Made by a program: the position numbers and the translations under genes. Of a DNA stretch of 64,000 bases, positions 48,488 through 58,011 are shown in pieces (position 1 is the first letter of the stretch; each line of letters opens with the position of its first letter). Origin of the DNA: Cyanobacteriota bacterium (lineage in GTDB: Bacteria > Cyanobacteriota > Cyanobacteriia > Leptolyngbyales > Leptolyngbyaceae); contig JBJORF010000005.1 in assembly GCA_046049545.1 (NCBI GenBank), forward strand, positions 11,875 to 75,874, in the 5' to 3' direction. The notes under the pieces are model-generated. The model was given only the letters and a program-made list of their open reading frames with translations. It was not told the DNA's origin and made no database searches.

Positions 48488-49177
48488 TTAACCTTGGTAT
48501 GGGTTGTCCATCCGATCGACAAACACGTTGTATTCAAACGGCAGTCGCCCCGGATTGCCGCGCAATTCTGCGGGATAACCGATTGGCACAATTACCGCGA
48601 TCGCTAGATCCAAATTATCCGCCACGCCCAAAACCGACTTCACCCTTGCCTCTGACCAGCCATTCATAAAGCAAGTACTCAAGCCCAAACTTTCGGCGGC
48701 CAACACAAAATGGGTGGCGGCAATCATCGCATCTTTCACCGCGTACTCGCGCGTCCGATCGCCGAGACTGGCCTGAAACTTGGGAATTGCCGATTTGAAA
48801 TAGGCGACGGTTTCCGGTGTCCAGACCCCTTTGGCGATCCCCTGCTCATAAATTGGGGTCAAGTCTTGCTTCCAGGCATTTGGGTCAGCGGCAAATACCA
48901 CGGTCATCGGCGCTTGGATCGGCTGCTGTTGACCAAAGCAGGCTTCAGCAATACCTGCTTTCTGGGTTTCATCTTGAATTAGGATAATCCGCCAATCCTG
49001 AAGGTTGTAGCTGCTCGGGGCAGCGACGGTCAGGGTAAGCAATTCCTTCAGGATATTGGGGGGAATGGGGGTCGATTCAAAGGTTTTGATCGATCGGCGT
49101 TGCAGGATGGCGGTGGGCACATCCAGGGCTTGTCGATCGGTGGATCGGGGTGAGGTGAGCGAATCGACTGAAGTCAT
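48488..49177 (-). CDS. Nitroreductase-family protein
   Basis: ILQRRSIKTFE...APSSYNLQDWRIILI... is typical of the nitroreductase fold. The ATG at 49177 is preferred. Confidence 0.8.
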   Translation of the reverse strand: MTSVDSLTSPRSTDRQALDVPTAILQRRSIKTFESTPIPPNILKELLTLTVAAPSSYNLQDWRIILIQDETQKAGIAEACFGQQQPIQAPMTVVFAADPNAWKQDLTPIYEQGIAKGVWTPETVAYFKSAIPKFQASLGDRTREYAVKDAMIAATHFVLAAESLGLSTCFMNGWSEARVKSVLGVADNLDLAIAVIVPIGYPAELRGNPGRLPFEYNVFVDRMDNPYQG

Positions 49178-49721
49178 AAAGTCCTGTAGAAGTCCTGTAA
49201 GAATCAAACGGAAGCCGTGGGGCGGTAAATATCCCCGATCGTGTCCTAAGTCACCGCAGCTTAGCACCTTCGCTGAATCAGTTGTCAGTGCCTAGATGGT
49301 TATTTTACGGCTTGTCCTAGGGGAGAGGTGATCGGGCGATTCGAGGGCGATACCTCTGTCTGCTGATAGAGCGTGTTGGCTCGATGAAATCGCCTTGCGG
49401 TAGGATGACAGCCCCTGATTATGACCCGTGAATTGGGTGAGCGTTGAATTTATCCTAGCGAATGGACTGCATGATAGAGCACAATGCGGCGGAAAATCGG
49501 TCGCAAACCTACGTGAAAACGATCGCGGCGGATGACTGCGGGGGTCTAACTTCAGTGAAATGACGGATTTCGCGTCGGGGGGTTCCAATTGTGACGCGCT
49601 GAGGTGGACTGAATGCGGCATCATCACCTCTACCAAAAGCCGTACAATTGAGCCGATCGTTGGGGGAGACAGAGAGGGGGCAGCACGATGGTCAATCGGG
49701 AGCAAGGGGATGCAACTCGGA

Positions 49722-49744
49722 CGGCGGTGCCGGCCGCCGCTTTT
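49722..49744 (+). promoter_or_regulatory. GC hairpin plus T-run immediately upstream of the hydrolase start (possible attenuator)
   Basis: CGGCGG-tgccgg-CCGCCG-C-TTTT, ending 12 nt before the ATG at 49757. Confidence 0.35.
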
Positions 49745-49756
49745 GGGGGACAGGTA

Positions 49757-50647
49757 ATGGTGATGCCGTGGCAGTGGGAAGGTCAATCGCTGCGGGTGGT
49801 TTATGAGGTGCTGGGCCAGGGAGAGCCGATTCTGCTGCTGCCTGCGTTTAGTTCGGTGTCCAGTCGGCTAGAGATGGCGGGGTTGGCGCAACAATTGGCG
49901 GCGCGTTATCAGGTGTATGTGTTGGATTGGGTCGGCTTTGGGCAGAGCGATCGGCCAGCGATCGACTATGCGCCGAAGGTATACCGGGCCTTGCTCCGGG
50001 ATTTTGTGCAGCAAATTTTTGGGCGACCCGTGGTGGTGATGGCGGCGGGGCATACGGCGGGCTATGTGATGCAGTTGGCCCAGGAGCAAACCAAGCATTG
50101 GCAGTGGATTGTCCTGTTGGCTCCGACTTGGCGGGGGCCGCTGCCGACGATGCTGGCCCGGATGTCGGTGCAGGATCAGACCAAGCGGGGTTGGTTCAAA
50201 GTGGTGCAGCGGCTGGTGAATCTGCCGATCGTCGGGCAATTGCTCTACTGGGCGAATACGACCCAGGGGTTTCTCGGCTGGATGTATGGGCGGCATGTGT
50301 TCGTCGATCGGCAGCGGATTACGCGATCGCTGTTGGCCGTGAAGCAAGGTTTGAGTCGGCAGGAAAATGGCCGCTTTGCGGTGGCAGCATTTGTCACGGG
50401 GGCATTGGATCCATTGCGCGATCGGGAGGCATGGCTCCGGTTATTTCAGCCGATCGGAATGCCTGTGCTGTTAGTGATTGGTGAACAAATGCCACCGAAG
50501 TCGCGGGCGGAGGCGGAGGTCGTGGCGCATTTTGGTGGGGCGGTGCAGGTGCTACGGATGCCGGGGACGTTGGGGCTGGCGGAGGAATATCCGACGGAGT
50601 TGTGCGCACGGGTGGAACCGTTTTTGGCAAAATATCTAACGCGCTGA
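49757..50647 (+). CDS. Alpha/beta-hydrolase-fold protein
   Basis: PILLLPAFSSVSS, DWVGFGQSDRP and a nucleophile-elbow position reading AAGHTAG (Thr where Ser is usual). The ATG at 49757 is preferred. Confidence 0.7.
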   Translation: MVMPWQWEGQSLRVVYEVLGQGEPILLLPAFSSVSSRLEMAGLAQQLAARYQVYVLDWVGFGQSDRPAIDYAPKVYRALLRDFVQQIFGRPVVVMAAGHTAGYVMQLAQEQTKHWQWIVLLAPTWRGPLPTMLARMSVQDQTKRGWFKVVQRLVNLPIVGQLLYWANTTQGFLGWMYGRHVFVDRQRITRSLLAVKQGLSRQENGRFAVAAFVTGALDPLRDREAWLRLFQPIGMPVLLVIGEQMPPKSRAEAEVVAHFGGAVQVLRMPGTLGLAEEYPTELCARVEPFLAKYLTR

Positions 50648-50682
50648 AATTTATGCTGAAATTTACGCTTGGGAGACTGTGG

Positions 50683-51036
50683 ATGATGGGGATGTTGCAG
50701 CCGATCGGCCTATTGGTGATTGCGAATGTGTTTATGATTTTTGCTTGGTATGGGCATTTACGCGATTTTAAGGCGGCACCGATCGCGGTGGTGATTTTGG
50801 TGAGTTGGGGGATTGCGCTGGTGGAATATTGTTTTCAGGTGCCCGCCAATCGTTTAGGGATGCAATATTTCAGTTTGCCGCAGTTGAAGGTGATGCAGGA
50901 AATTATCACGATGCTGGTGTTTGCGGGATTTAGTGTGTTGTATTTGCAGGTGCCGCTGACCCGCAACTATTTCTTGGCGACGATGCTGTTGGCGGGTGCC
51001 GCATTTTTGATTTTTAGTGATCAGCCGCGCGGTTAG
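50683..51036 (+). CDS. DMT-superfamily small membrane protein (DUF486)
   Basis: Four TM helices. FAWYGHL and SLPQLKVMQEIITM are typical of DUF486. Start around 50683, overlapping the end of the upstream gene region. Confidence 0.65.
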   Translation: MMGMLQPIGLLVIANVFMIFAWYGHLRDFKAAPIAVVILVSWGIALVEYCFQVPANRLGMQYFSLPQLKVMQEIITMLVFAGFSVLYLQVPLTRNYFLATMLLAGAAFLIFSDQPRG

Positions 51037-51363
51037 AGTTTGGATGATTACCGCAAATTCCCCGTGCTTTTGCGGATTGATCGGATGAAAAATTTCAGTA
51101 CCCTCTGGTGTCTTTTGCTGGGAGGCTGGGTGCAGTGGAATTTGTATTTTTGGTTTGTGGATTTTTGGTCTGGTCGATTCTCTTTCCGCCGAAGAAAAAG
51201 CCGAAATCAACGGCGCATCAATTTGGTGAAGCGTTTGAGAAATTGTTGAAGGAATCATTCGCAGCGGGGGCGAAGAAGGACTAGGGCAGCATTTTGTTTG
51301 GCTCAAGACGTTGACCCAGAAATGTTAAGGTTAGAAGCAGTTGTTGGCGGATGTCTGAAACTT

Positions 51364-52407
51364 ATGGCCGTTTATTCCACGCTGCAAAATCCGCTGAGTG
51401 TTGCGCCGATGATGGATCGTACCGATCGGCATTGTCGCTATTTTTTGCGGCAGATTTCGGCGCGGACGTTACTCTATACGGAGATGGTAACGAGTCAAGC
51501 GATTATCCATGGCGATCGGGAAAAACTTTTAGGCTTTTCGCCCGAAGAAGGCCCGCTGGTGCTGCAACTGGGCGGCGATGACCCGGCGACCTTGGCGCAA
51601 TGTGCCACGATCGCTGAAGATTTTGGCTATGACGAGGTGAATTTAAATGTCGGTTGTCCGAGTGAACGGGTACAGAGCGGCAATTTTGGGGCTTGCTTAA
51701 TGCTGGAGCCGGAGCGTGTGGCAGACTGTGTAGCGGCGATGCGATCGGCGACAAAACTACCCGTGACCGTCAAACATCGGATCGGTGTGGATGAACACGA
51801 TCGCTATGAGCAAATGCGGCAATTTGTCGAAACCGTTGCTTCAGCTGGGTGCCAGCGGTTTACCGTCCATGCGCGCAAGGCTTGGTTGAAGGGGCTGAGT
51901 CCAAAGGAAAATCGCGATATTCCACCGCTGCGTTACGATGATGTCTATCGCCTGAAACAGGAATTGCCGCATTTAGTGATTGAAATTAATGGTGGGATTT
52001 TAACGCTAGCGGCAACGCAGGAGCATTTGCAAAAGGTGGATGCGGTGATGATCGGACGGGCGGCCTATGACAATCCCTATTTGTTTGCTGAAGCCGATCG
52101 CTTAATTTTTGGGGATGGTCAGCCAGTGCGATCGCGGCCCGAAATCGTTGAATCAATGTACCCCTACATTGCGGACTGGACTGGGCGAGGCTGGAAATTG
52201 CATGGAATAATTCGACCGATGTTGCAGTTATTTGCGGGGCAGCCAGGGAGTCGAATCTGGAAGCGGATTTTGACGGAGAATGCCAGTCAGCCAGGAATGG
52301 GGGTGGAACTGGTGGCGCAGGCGTTGGCAGCGGTGCGAGAGGCGGAACAAACAACGCAGGCACGGTCGCAGGAATGGGCGGCGGCGGGTGTCCCGATCGG
52401 GCATTAA
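51364..52407 (+). CDS. dusA: tRNA-dihydrouridine(20/20a) synthase DusA
   Basis: LSVAPMMDRTDRHCRYF and NLNVGCPS (catalytic Cys). TIM-barrel Dus pattern. ATG at 51364. Confidence 0.9.
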   Translation: MAVYSTLQNPLSVAPMMDRTDRHCRYFLRQISARTLLYTEMVTSQAIIHGDREKLLGFSPEEGPLVLQLGGDDPATLAQCATIAEDFGYDEVNLNVGCPSERVQSGNFGACLMLEPERVADCVAAMRSATKLPVTVKHRIGVDEHDRYEQMRQFVETVASAGCQRFTVHARKAWLKGLSPKENRDIPPLRYDDVYRLKQELPHLVIEINGGILTLAATQEHLQKVDAVMIGRAAYDNPYLFAEADRLIFGDGQPVRSRPEIVESMYPYIADWTGRGWKLHGIIRPMLQLFAGQPGSRIWKRILTENASQPGMGVELVAQALAAVREAEQTTQARSQEWAAAGVPIGH

Positions 52408-52493
52408 GATTTGCAATCAATGGCTCTAGCGATCCCCGAAATTTTGTAGCATTGACTACAGAAACGCGAGGATTGTTGTTGAGGATTTTCGCT

Positions 52494-52742
52494 ATGGGTA
52501 AAGTCGCTTCAAAGCCCGCTTCGGTGGATTCAGTTGATGTTGTTGTTCCGCAAACGAAGGAATTTGTCCCGGATTGTGGGCTGTGGGTGCGGTTGCGCGA
52601 TCGCCCTTCGGACTATGCGGCGGATTCAGCGCTGCTGGTTTGTCCGGTGGAGGAGGATGTCTGGATTGCGTGGGTGCCGGATTATGGTGAAATGGTATTG
52701 CCCCGATCTCAGTTCTATCGAATGGGCGCATCAGCCGCATAA
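52494..52742 (+). CDS. Hypothetical small protein (82 aa)
   Basis: ATG at 52494 inside ORF 52374-52742. Codon usage resembles neighbouring genes. 18 nt upstream of the DUF362 gene. No family recognised. Confidence 0.4.
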   Translation: MGKVASKPASVDSVDVVVPQTKEFVPDCGLWVRLRDRPSDYAADSALLVCPVEEDVWIAWVPDYGEMVLPRSQFYRMGASAA

Positions 52743-52760
52743 TTACCAGTTCAGCAGTCC

Positions 52761-53534
52761 ATGGCAAATCTTCAGCAGACAAAAACGGCGGCATTGGTTT
52801 ATCAACCGCCAGCATCGGCGATCGGGGCTAAACGCATCTTAGTGAAGCCGAATCTGGGCTATCCGGTGGGTGCGCCAGTGACGGTGAGTATGGGGGTGCT
52901 GGGGACGGTGCTCCGATCGCTACGTCAAGCCAGTCCCGCTGCCGAAATTCTGGTTGTCGAAGGGGTATGTTCGCCCGTGGATCTGGTGGCGATCGCCAGT
53001 CAGCATGGCGTTTATGGTTTGCTCGATGAAGGAATGCAGTTGCTGGACGCGGATATGCTAGAATGTGTGGAATATCCCAATCGTGCGCCCTATCCCCATC
53101 GGTTCAAAACGATGTGGGCACCAAAGTTATTGCAGGAAGTGGATTGTCGGATTAGTGTGGGGACGTTTAAGCGGACGATTCTCAAAGATGAGGTGTTGAT
53201 CTCGGCTTCATTGAAGAATTTGTATGGGCTATTTCCGCGTACTAAATATAAAGCGCGTAGTGGAAATTCGCGCGGCCAACTGCATCGGCCTTCGGTGCCG
53301 CAGGTGTTGCAGGATGTGTATGGCTGCATTGGACATTGGTTTGATGGGGCGGTGGTGGATGCCGATCGGCGGTTAATCAGTCAGGATTGGAAGCCGGATA
53401 AGGGGACGGTAGTAGAATGTGGGCAGGTGTTTTTTGGGGATAGTTTGGTGGCGGTCGATCGATTGGCTTGTGAAATGCTGGGGGAAGCAGTGCCGGATTA
53501 TGTCGCAGCGATCGAGGCGATGCGGTTGCGCTAA
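52761..53534 (+). CDS. DUF362-domain protein
   Basis: KRILVKPNLGYP... N-terminal block and length are consistent with DUF362. Assignment from memory. Confidence 0.55.
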   Translation: MANLQQTKTAALVYQPPASAIGAKRILVKPNLGYPVGAPVTVSMGVLGTVLRSLRQASPAAEILVVEGVCSPVDLVAIASQHGVYGLLDEGMQLLDADMLECVEYPNRAPYPHRFKTMWAPKLLQEVDCRISVGTFKRTILKDEVLISASLKNLYGLFPRTKYKARSGNSRGQLHRPSVPQVLQDVYGCIGHWFDGAVVDADRRLISQDWKPDKGTVVECGQVFFGDSLVAVDRLACEMLGEAVPDYVAAIEAMRLR

Positions 53535-53925
53535 ATTACAAGATTCGTTCCCGCAAGTTTGACCATCAGGCAGTCGAATTGCTGCTGCAATGCGCTGCCT
53601 TGAATCGCATGATTCAGATGGCTAAACCCGATTCGCTGATGCTTGATTACTAATATCGGGCGCAATCGTTCCAACGATCTGACTGATATTTGATTCATGC
53701 AACTATGCCATTGTGCTCACTAAAGCGTTTCTGGAATGAAGTTCGAGTTAATCCTGCTATATAAATTAAATAGCCTCCGTCGTATTCGACCGTCCACCAA
53801 TAAACGCCTGAAGATTGGGCAATTTTAGGCTGATCACTCCAATCCGAAAGTGTAGTGCAGCGAAATCTAGGCCAAGCAAAGGGGCCTTGCCAGTTTAGTG
53901 TGTGCACCAACGATCGACCACTCAA
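53531..53925 (-). pseudogene. Remnant of a GIY-YIG-like nuclease gene split into two overlapping short ORFs
   Basis: The 76-codon ORF (TTG start) contains SGVYWWTVEYDGGYLIYIAGLTRTSFQKRFSEH, compared with the GIY-(10-12 aa)-YIG...R..H pattern. It ends in an ATGA overlap with a 57-codon ORF (53531-53698). Lies in a lower-GC gene-poor stretch. Confidence 0.3.
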
Positions 53926-54370
53926 CGCGCTACACTGTAAGCAACTCCTGCATTGCTGTTATTAATCATGCTGTTCCAAGACCTCCAACCCCAACTGCTT
54001 TCCCGCACACCCACTAAAAAACCGCAAGCCATCCAAACAGGAAAATGAGGCGGCTTAGCTTGTGGCGAACGCTATGCTGACGAACAATTCCCCTAGCGTG
54101 CCACGGTTCACCTTCAATCACGCAGTCACGATGTCCTCACGATTCCGGCGGAATTTCGTTCGCCTACATCGCGAAAACACTAATCATGCTGAAATTATTA
54201 CGGGCACTGATGATTCCGATAAAATGATGATGGCAGCACGAATTGATTTGGCATTACAAGTAGAATCAACACTTTGCAGTCAGCTAATTCGCGTCACAAA
54301 ACCCAGTTGCTCAAGTTAGCCAACCCTGCGGCCAATAAGCTGCATCGTTCCAACGGCCCCATCCCCCACC

Positions 54371-55432
54371 ATGCAAATCCGGCTCCAAACCTTCACCGTC
54401 AACAAACGCTTCGCCCTCACCATCAGTCGTGGCACCACTGCCAACACCACCAACCTCTTCGTCCGCATTGATCACGACGGCATCGAAGGCTGGGGCGAAG
54501 CCTCCCCCTTCTCGATCGGCGAAACGTCCCAAACCACCGAATCCATCGCTCGCTCGCTCCAGCGTATCACCCCTCTGCTTACGCCCTACAGCCCCTTAGA
54601 GCGGGATAAAATTGATCGCATCCTGCGCGACTCCCAAGTCCCCTCCGCCGCCCGATCGGCTCTCGATCTGGCCCTCCATGACTGGCTCGGCAAAGCCACG
54701 GGCCTCCCCTTGTGGCAACTCTGGGGCCTCAACCGGGAAGCGATCGTCCCCACCTCCGTGACAATCGGCATTAGCACCCCTGCCGCCGCCCAAGAACGGG
54801 TAAAAAACTGGCTCGCCATGAGCGCCGAAATTCAAGCGCTGAAAGTTAAACTTGGCTCCCCCGCTGGTATTGCCGCTGACCAAGCAATGTTCCTCGAAGT
54901 CAAAGAAACGGCTCCCCATATCCGCAAAATCAGCATTGATGCGAATGGGGGTTGGAATTTACGGGACGCGATCGCCATGGGCTACTGGCTGGCGGAACAG
55001 GGCATTGATTATATCGAGCAGCCCCTCGCCAAAGGCCAGGAAGCCGAATTAAAAAAACTATTTGCGGTCTCACCGCTGCCGATTTTTGTGGATGAAAGTT
55101 GTTTTACCAGTGCGGATATTCCGGGGCTGGCCGATCGCTGCCATGGGATTAACATTAAACTGAATAAATGCGGCGGTCTCAGCGAAGCAATGCGGATGAT
55201 TCAGGTCGCCAAAACCCTCGGTTTAGGTGTGATGTTTGGCTGCTACTCGGATAGCGTGCTGATGAACAGTGCCCTGGCTCAGCTTGCACCGTTGGCTGAT
55301 CACCTTGACCTCGATAGCCATCTGAACTTAGTTGACGATCCCTTTATAGGCGCACTGTTCCAGAACGGTCGGGTGATTCCCAATCATCAGCCGGGGTTGG
55401 GGGTCAGTCTACGATCGGCTCCGGCAAACTAA
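54371..55432 (+). CDS. Dipeptide epimerase (L-Ala-D/L-Glu epimerase type, enolase superfamily)
   Basis: KVKLG, IDANGGW, YIEQP and VDES are the metal and catalytic positions of the muconate-lactonizing-enzyme subgroup. Confidence 0.8.
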   Translation: MQIRLQTFTVNKRFALTISRGTTANTTNLFVRIDHDGIEGWGEASPFSIGETSQTTESIARSLQRITPLLTPYSPLERDKIDRILRDSQVPSAARSALDLALHDWLGKATGLPLWQLWGLNREAIVPTSVTIGISTPAAAQERVKNWLAMSAEIQALKVKLGSPAGIAADQAMFLEVKETAPHIRKISIDANGGWNLRDAIAMGYWLAEQGIDYIEQPLAKGQEAELKKLFAVSPLPIFVDESCFTSADIPGLADRCHGINIKLNKCGGLSEAMRMIQVAKTLGLGVMFGCYSDSVLMNSALAQLAPLADHLDLDSHLNLVDDPFIGALFQNGRVIPNHQPGLGVSLRSAPAN

Positions 55433-55433
55433 T

Positions 55434-56552
55434 TCACTGTCCCAACACTTCCCAATACAATTTTTCTAACTTCCGCGTTTGGGTTGCTAGATGAAAGTTT
55501 TGCTGAATAAATTCTGGGCCATGATAGCTGAGCTTTTTCCATAGCATTTCCTCTCGTAGTAACCGAAATAAATGTTTTGCTAATTCCGTTACATTGTATT
55601 CCGGTGCGAGTAATCCGGTTTTGCCATGGCTGACCGCCTCGGGAATTCCCCCACTGGCAAAGCTGACCACAGGCAACCCCATCGCCTGCGCCTCGGCAAA
55701 TACCATGCCAAAGGTTTCCGCATCCCCGCAACTGGCCGTCACACTGGGCAAACAAAACACCCGCGATCGCGCCATCCATTCCTTAACCAAAGGTGCCGGT
55801 TGAGCCCCGAGGAATTGGTAATTGCTGAGGCTGCTTTGGGCTTGCTGTTCCAGGGATGCTCGGAGGGGGCCGTCGCCGATGATCACGAGTTTGACCTCGG
55901 GGAGTTCACGCTGTACCGCCGCCATCGCTTTAATTAAATAAGTACAGCCCTTTTTCTCGACTAAACGCCCCGCGAATAGCACGATCGGCTCCCGGGCGAT
56001 CGCCATGTTAGGCCGAAACTGCTGCGTGTCAATGCCGATATAATGCCGAATCACTTTCTCGCTGGGAAAGCCTTGATTGATCAGTTGATTTTTCAGAAAA
56101 TCAGAAACGCTAATAAAATAGCTGACATAGCGTTGGAGTTTGCGTTTGCGACTGTGATAAAGGCGTTGGTAAAGTGTTTTTGACTGCGCTGCGCGACTGG
56201 ATAAAACATCGAATCCATGGCAAGTGACGATCAGAGGAATCTTGAGCTGCTGTGCCAAGGGCAAGGCGATCGCGCCATCATCGGCAAAATGGGCGTGAAT
56301 TAAATCGGGTTGGACAGCCAGTTTAGTCTGCCCCGCGAGTTTAAACCGGAGTTCGGCAAAGCGCTGTCCGATGCGGTTATGGGGATTGAGAATGGTGGTA
56401 CGATCAGGATCAGTCAGAATACCTGGCAGCGATCGCAGTCCGAGATAGTGGGGTTGGAACTGTTGCAGACTTTCGGCTTGGTTTTGGATAAACGTTTCCG
56501 AAAAGGGCAGCAGCTTGAACCGATAAATCAGCGCAGTCGGCAGCGAAGACAT
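55434..56552 (-). CDS. Glycosyltransferase family 4 (WcaL-like)
   Basis: LPFSETFIQNQ N-terminus and AETFGMVFAEAQAMGLPVV (EX7E). Start ambiguous (56552, 56582 or 56618). Confidence 0.8.
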   Translation of the reverse strand: MSSLPTALIYRFKLLPFSETFIQNQAESLQQFQPHYLGLRSLPGILTDPDRTTILNPHNRIGQRFAELRFKLAGQTKLAVQPDLIHAHFADDGAIALPLAQQLKIPLIVTCHGFDVLSSRAAQSKTLYQRLYHSRKRKLQRYVSYFISVSDFLKNQLINQGFPSEKVIRHYIGIDTQQFRPNMAIAREPIVLFAGRLVEKKGCTYLIKAMAAVQRELPEVKLVIIGDGPLRASLEQQAQSSLSNYQFLGAQPAPLVKEWMARSRVFCLPSVTASCGDAETFGMVFAEAQAMGLPVVSFASGGIPEAVSHGKTGLLAPEYNVTELAKHLFRLLREEMLWKKLSYHGPEFIQQNFHLATQTRKLEKLYWEVLGQ

Positions 56553-56627
56553 GGGTAGATACAGTAGCAACAGTCTCAACATGCCCCGATCGGGTTGGCA
56601 AATCCCAGATGGTCCCAAGATTGCATC

Positions 56628-57995
56628 CTACTTGCCAATGCAGAAACGACTAAAAATGCGATCCAGAACCGATTCAGTCACTTCCTCGCCCAGCACTTCA
56701 CCGAGGGACTGTACCGCTTGGCGCAGGTCGATCGTCCAGAAGTCGAGGGGGAGTTGGTCACTAATGGTGGCTTGGACTTGCTGCAAGGCTGTACGGGTTT
56801 CGATCAGGGCGGCGGCTTGGCGCTGATTAATGGCGAGATCGAGATTGGCCGCCTGGGTATCGCCTTGGTTCGCCAGTTGAATAATTGCTTGCTCTAGTTC
56901 GGTAATTCCCTGACCCTGGGCAGCGGCGGTGTGAACCACAGGAATCGGTGCCGGAATTGGCCAGGAGTGAGACTCAGCCGCAGCGAGGTCGATTTTATTC
57001 ACCACGAGAATGAGCGGTCGATCGGCCACCTGTTGGTAAATCAAGTCCTCTTCCGCTGTCCACCCCTGATCCGCTGCGATCGTCAATAAGACCAAATCTG
57101 CCGCTTGGGCCGCTTGGCGCGATCGCTCCACCCCCAAACTTTCCACCACATCTGCCGTTTCGCGAATCCCCGCCGTATCCAGCACCTGCACCGGAATCCC
57201 GCCTACGACCAATTGCGATTCAACGACATCGCGGGTGGTGCCGGGAAGATCCGTGACGATCGCCCGATCGCTGCGACTCCAGGCATTCAGCAAACTCGAT
57301 TTACCCACATTCGGTCGTCCGACGATCGCCACTTTGAGGCCGCTGCGGAGTAATGTCCCACGATCGGCAGTGGCAATGATTTGATTGACCTGGGTGACAA
57401 CGGCTTCAATATTGGCGACAACTTCTGCTTCGTTCAGCGGCGGCAAATCATCGGCAAAATCAATCCGGGCTTCGACTTCCGCCAAAATATCCAAGCAAGT
57501 TGCGCGCAGTCCCCGAATTGGCTCGGCCAGTTTCCCCTGCAACCCGCCCAGGGCCAAGGCCGCCGCTTGGGGCGATCGCGCGCCCACCAAATCCATCACG
57601 CTTTCGGCCTGGGTCAGATCCAGTCGTCCATTCAGAAACGCCCGCAGCGTAAATTCCCCCGGCTGCGCCAGCCGCGCCCCCTCGGCAATGCAGAGCTGCA
57701 TTACCTGCTGCACCGCCATCATCCCGCCATGACAATGCAGCTCGACCACGTCCTCACGGGTGTAGGAGCGCGGTTGGAGCATCAGCAGCAGCAGGGCTTC
57801 ATCCAGCACCGTCGCACTACCCGGCGGCTGCACAAAGCCATAGAGAATCCGATGGCTCTCCCAGACCGGCCGCCCCGGTGCCACAAAAATCCGCCGCGCG
57901 ATCGCCACCGCCCCATCGCCCGATAGCCGCACAATCCCGACACTGCCCTGTTCCGGGACAATGGCTGTAGCAATGGCAACGATCGTTTCCGCCAT
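56628..57995 (-). CDS. mnmE: tRNA modification GTPase MnmE (TrmE)
   Basis: TIVAIATA... N-terminus, G1 [21 protein letters not shown] and C-terminal FCIGK. ATG at 57995. Confidence 0.93.
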   Translation of the reverse strand: MAETIVAIATAIVPEQGSVGIVRLSGDGAVAIARRIFVAPGRPVWESHRILYGFVQPPGSATVLDEALLLLMLQPRSYTREDVVELHCHGGMMAVQQVMQLCIAEGARLAQPGEFTLRAFLNGRLDLTQAESVMDLVGARSPQAAALALGGLQGKLAEPIRGLRATCLDILAEVEARIDFADDLPPLNEAEVVANIEAVVTQVNQIIATADRGTLLRSGLKVAIVGRPNVGKSSLLNAWSRSDRAIVTDLPGTTRDVVESQLVVGGIPVQVLDTAGIRETADVVESLGVERSRQAAQAADLVLLTIAADQGWTAEEDLIYQQVADRPLILVVNKIDLAAAESHSWPIPAPIPVVHTAAAQGQGITELEQAIIQLANQGDTQAANLDLAINQRQAAALIETRTALQQVQATISDQLPLDFWTIDLRQAVQSLGEVLGEEVTESVLDRIFSRFCIGK

Positions 57996-58011
57996 AGGGA
58001 TGGGTGTAGGG

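Noticed and set aside
49490-49550. GGUCGCAAACC...GAAAAC resembling part of the c-di-GMP-I (GEMM) aptamer
   Set aside because: The second conserved half (GGGACGCAAAGCC and the partner helix) is missing, and only a short fragment matches.
49292-49786. 164-aa minus-strand ORF across the nitroreductase-hydrolase spacer
   Set aside because: The translation is rich in Ser, Pro, Arg and His. It would overlap the hydrolase start and has no motif, so I treat the region as non-coding.
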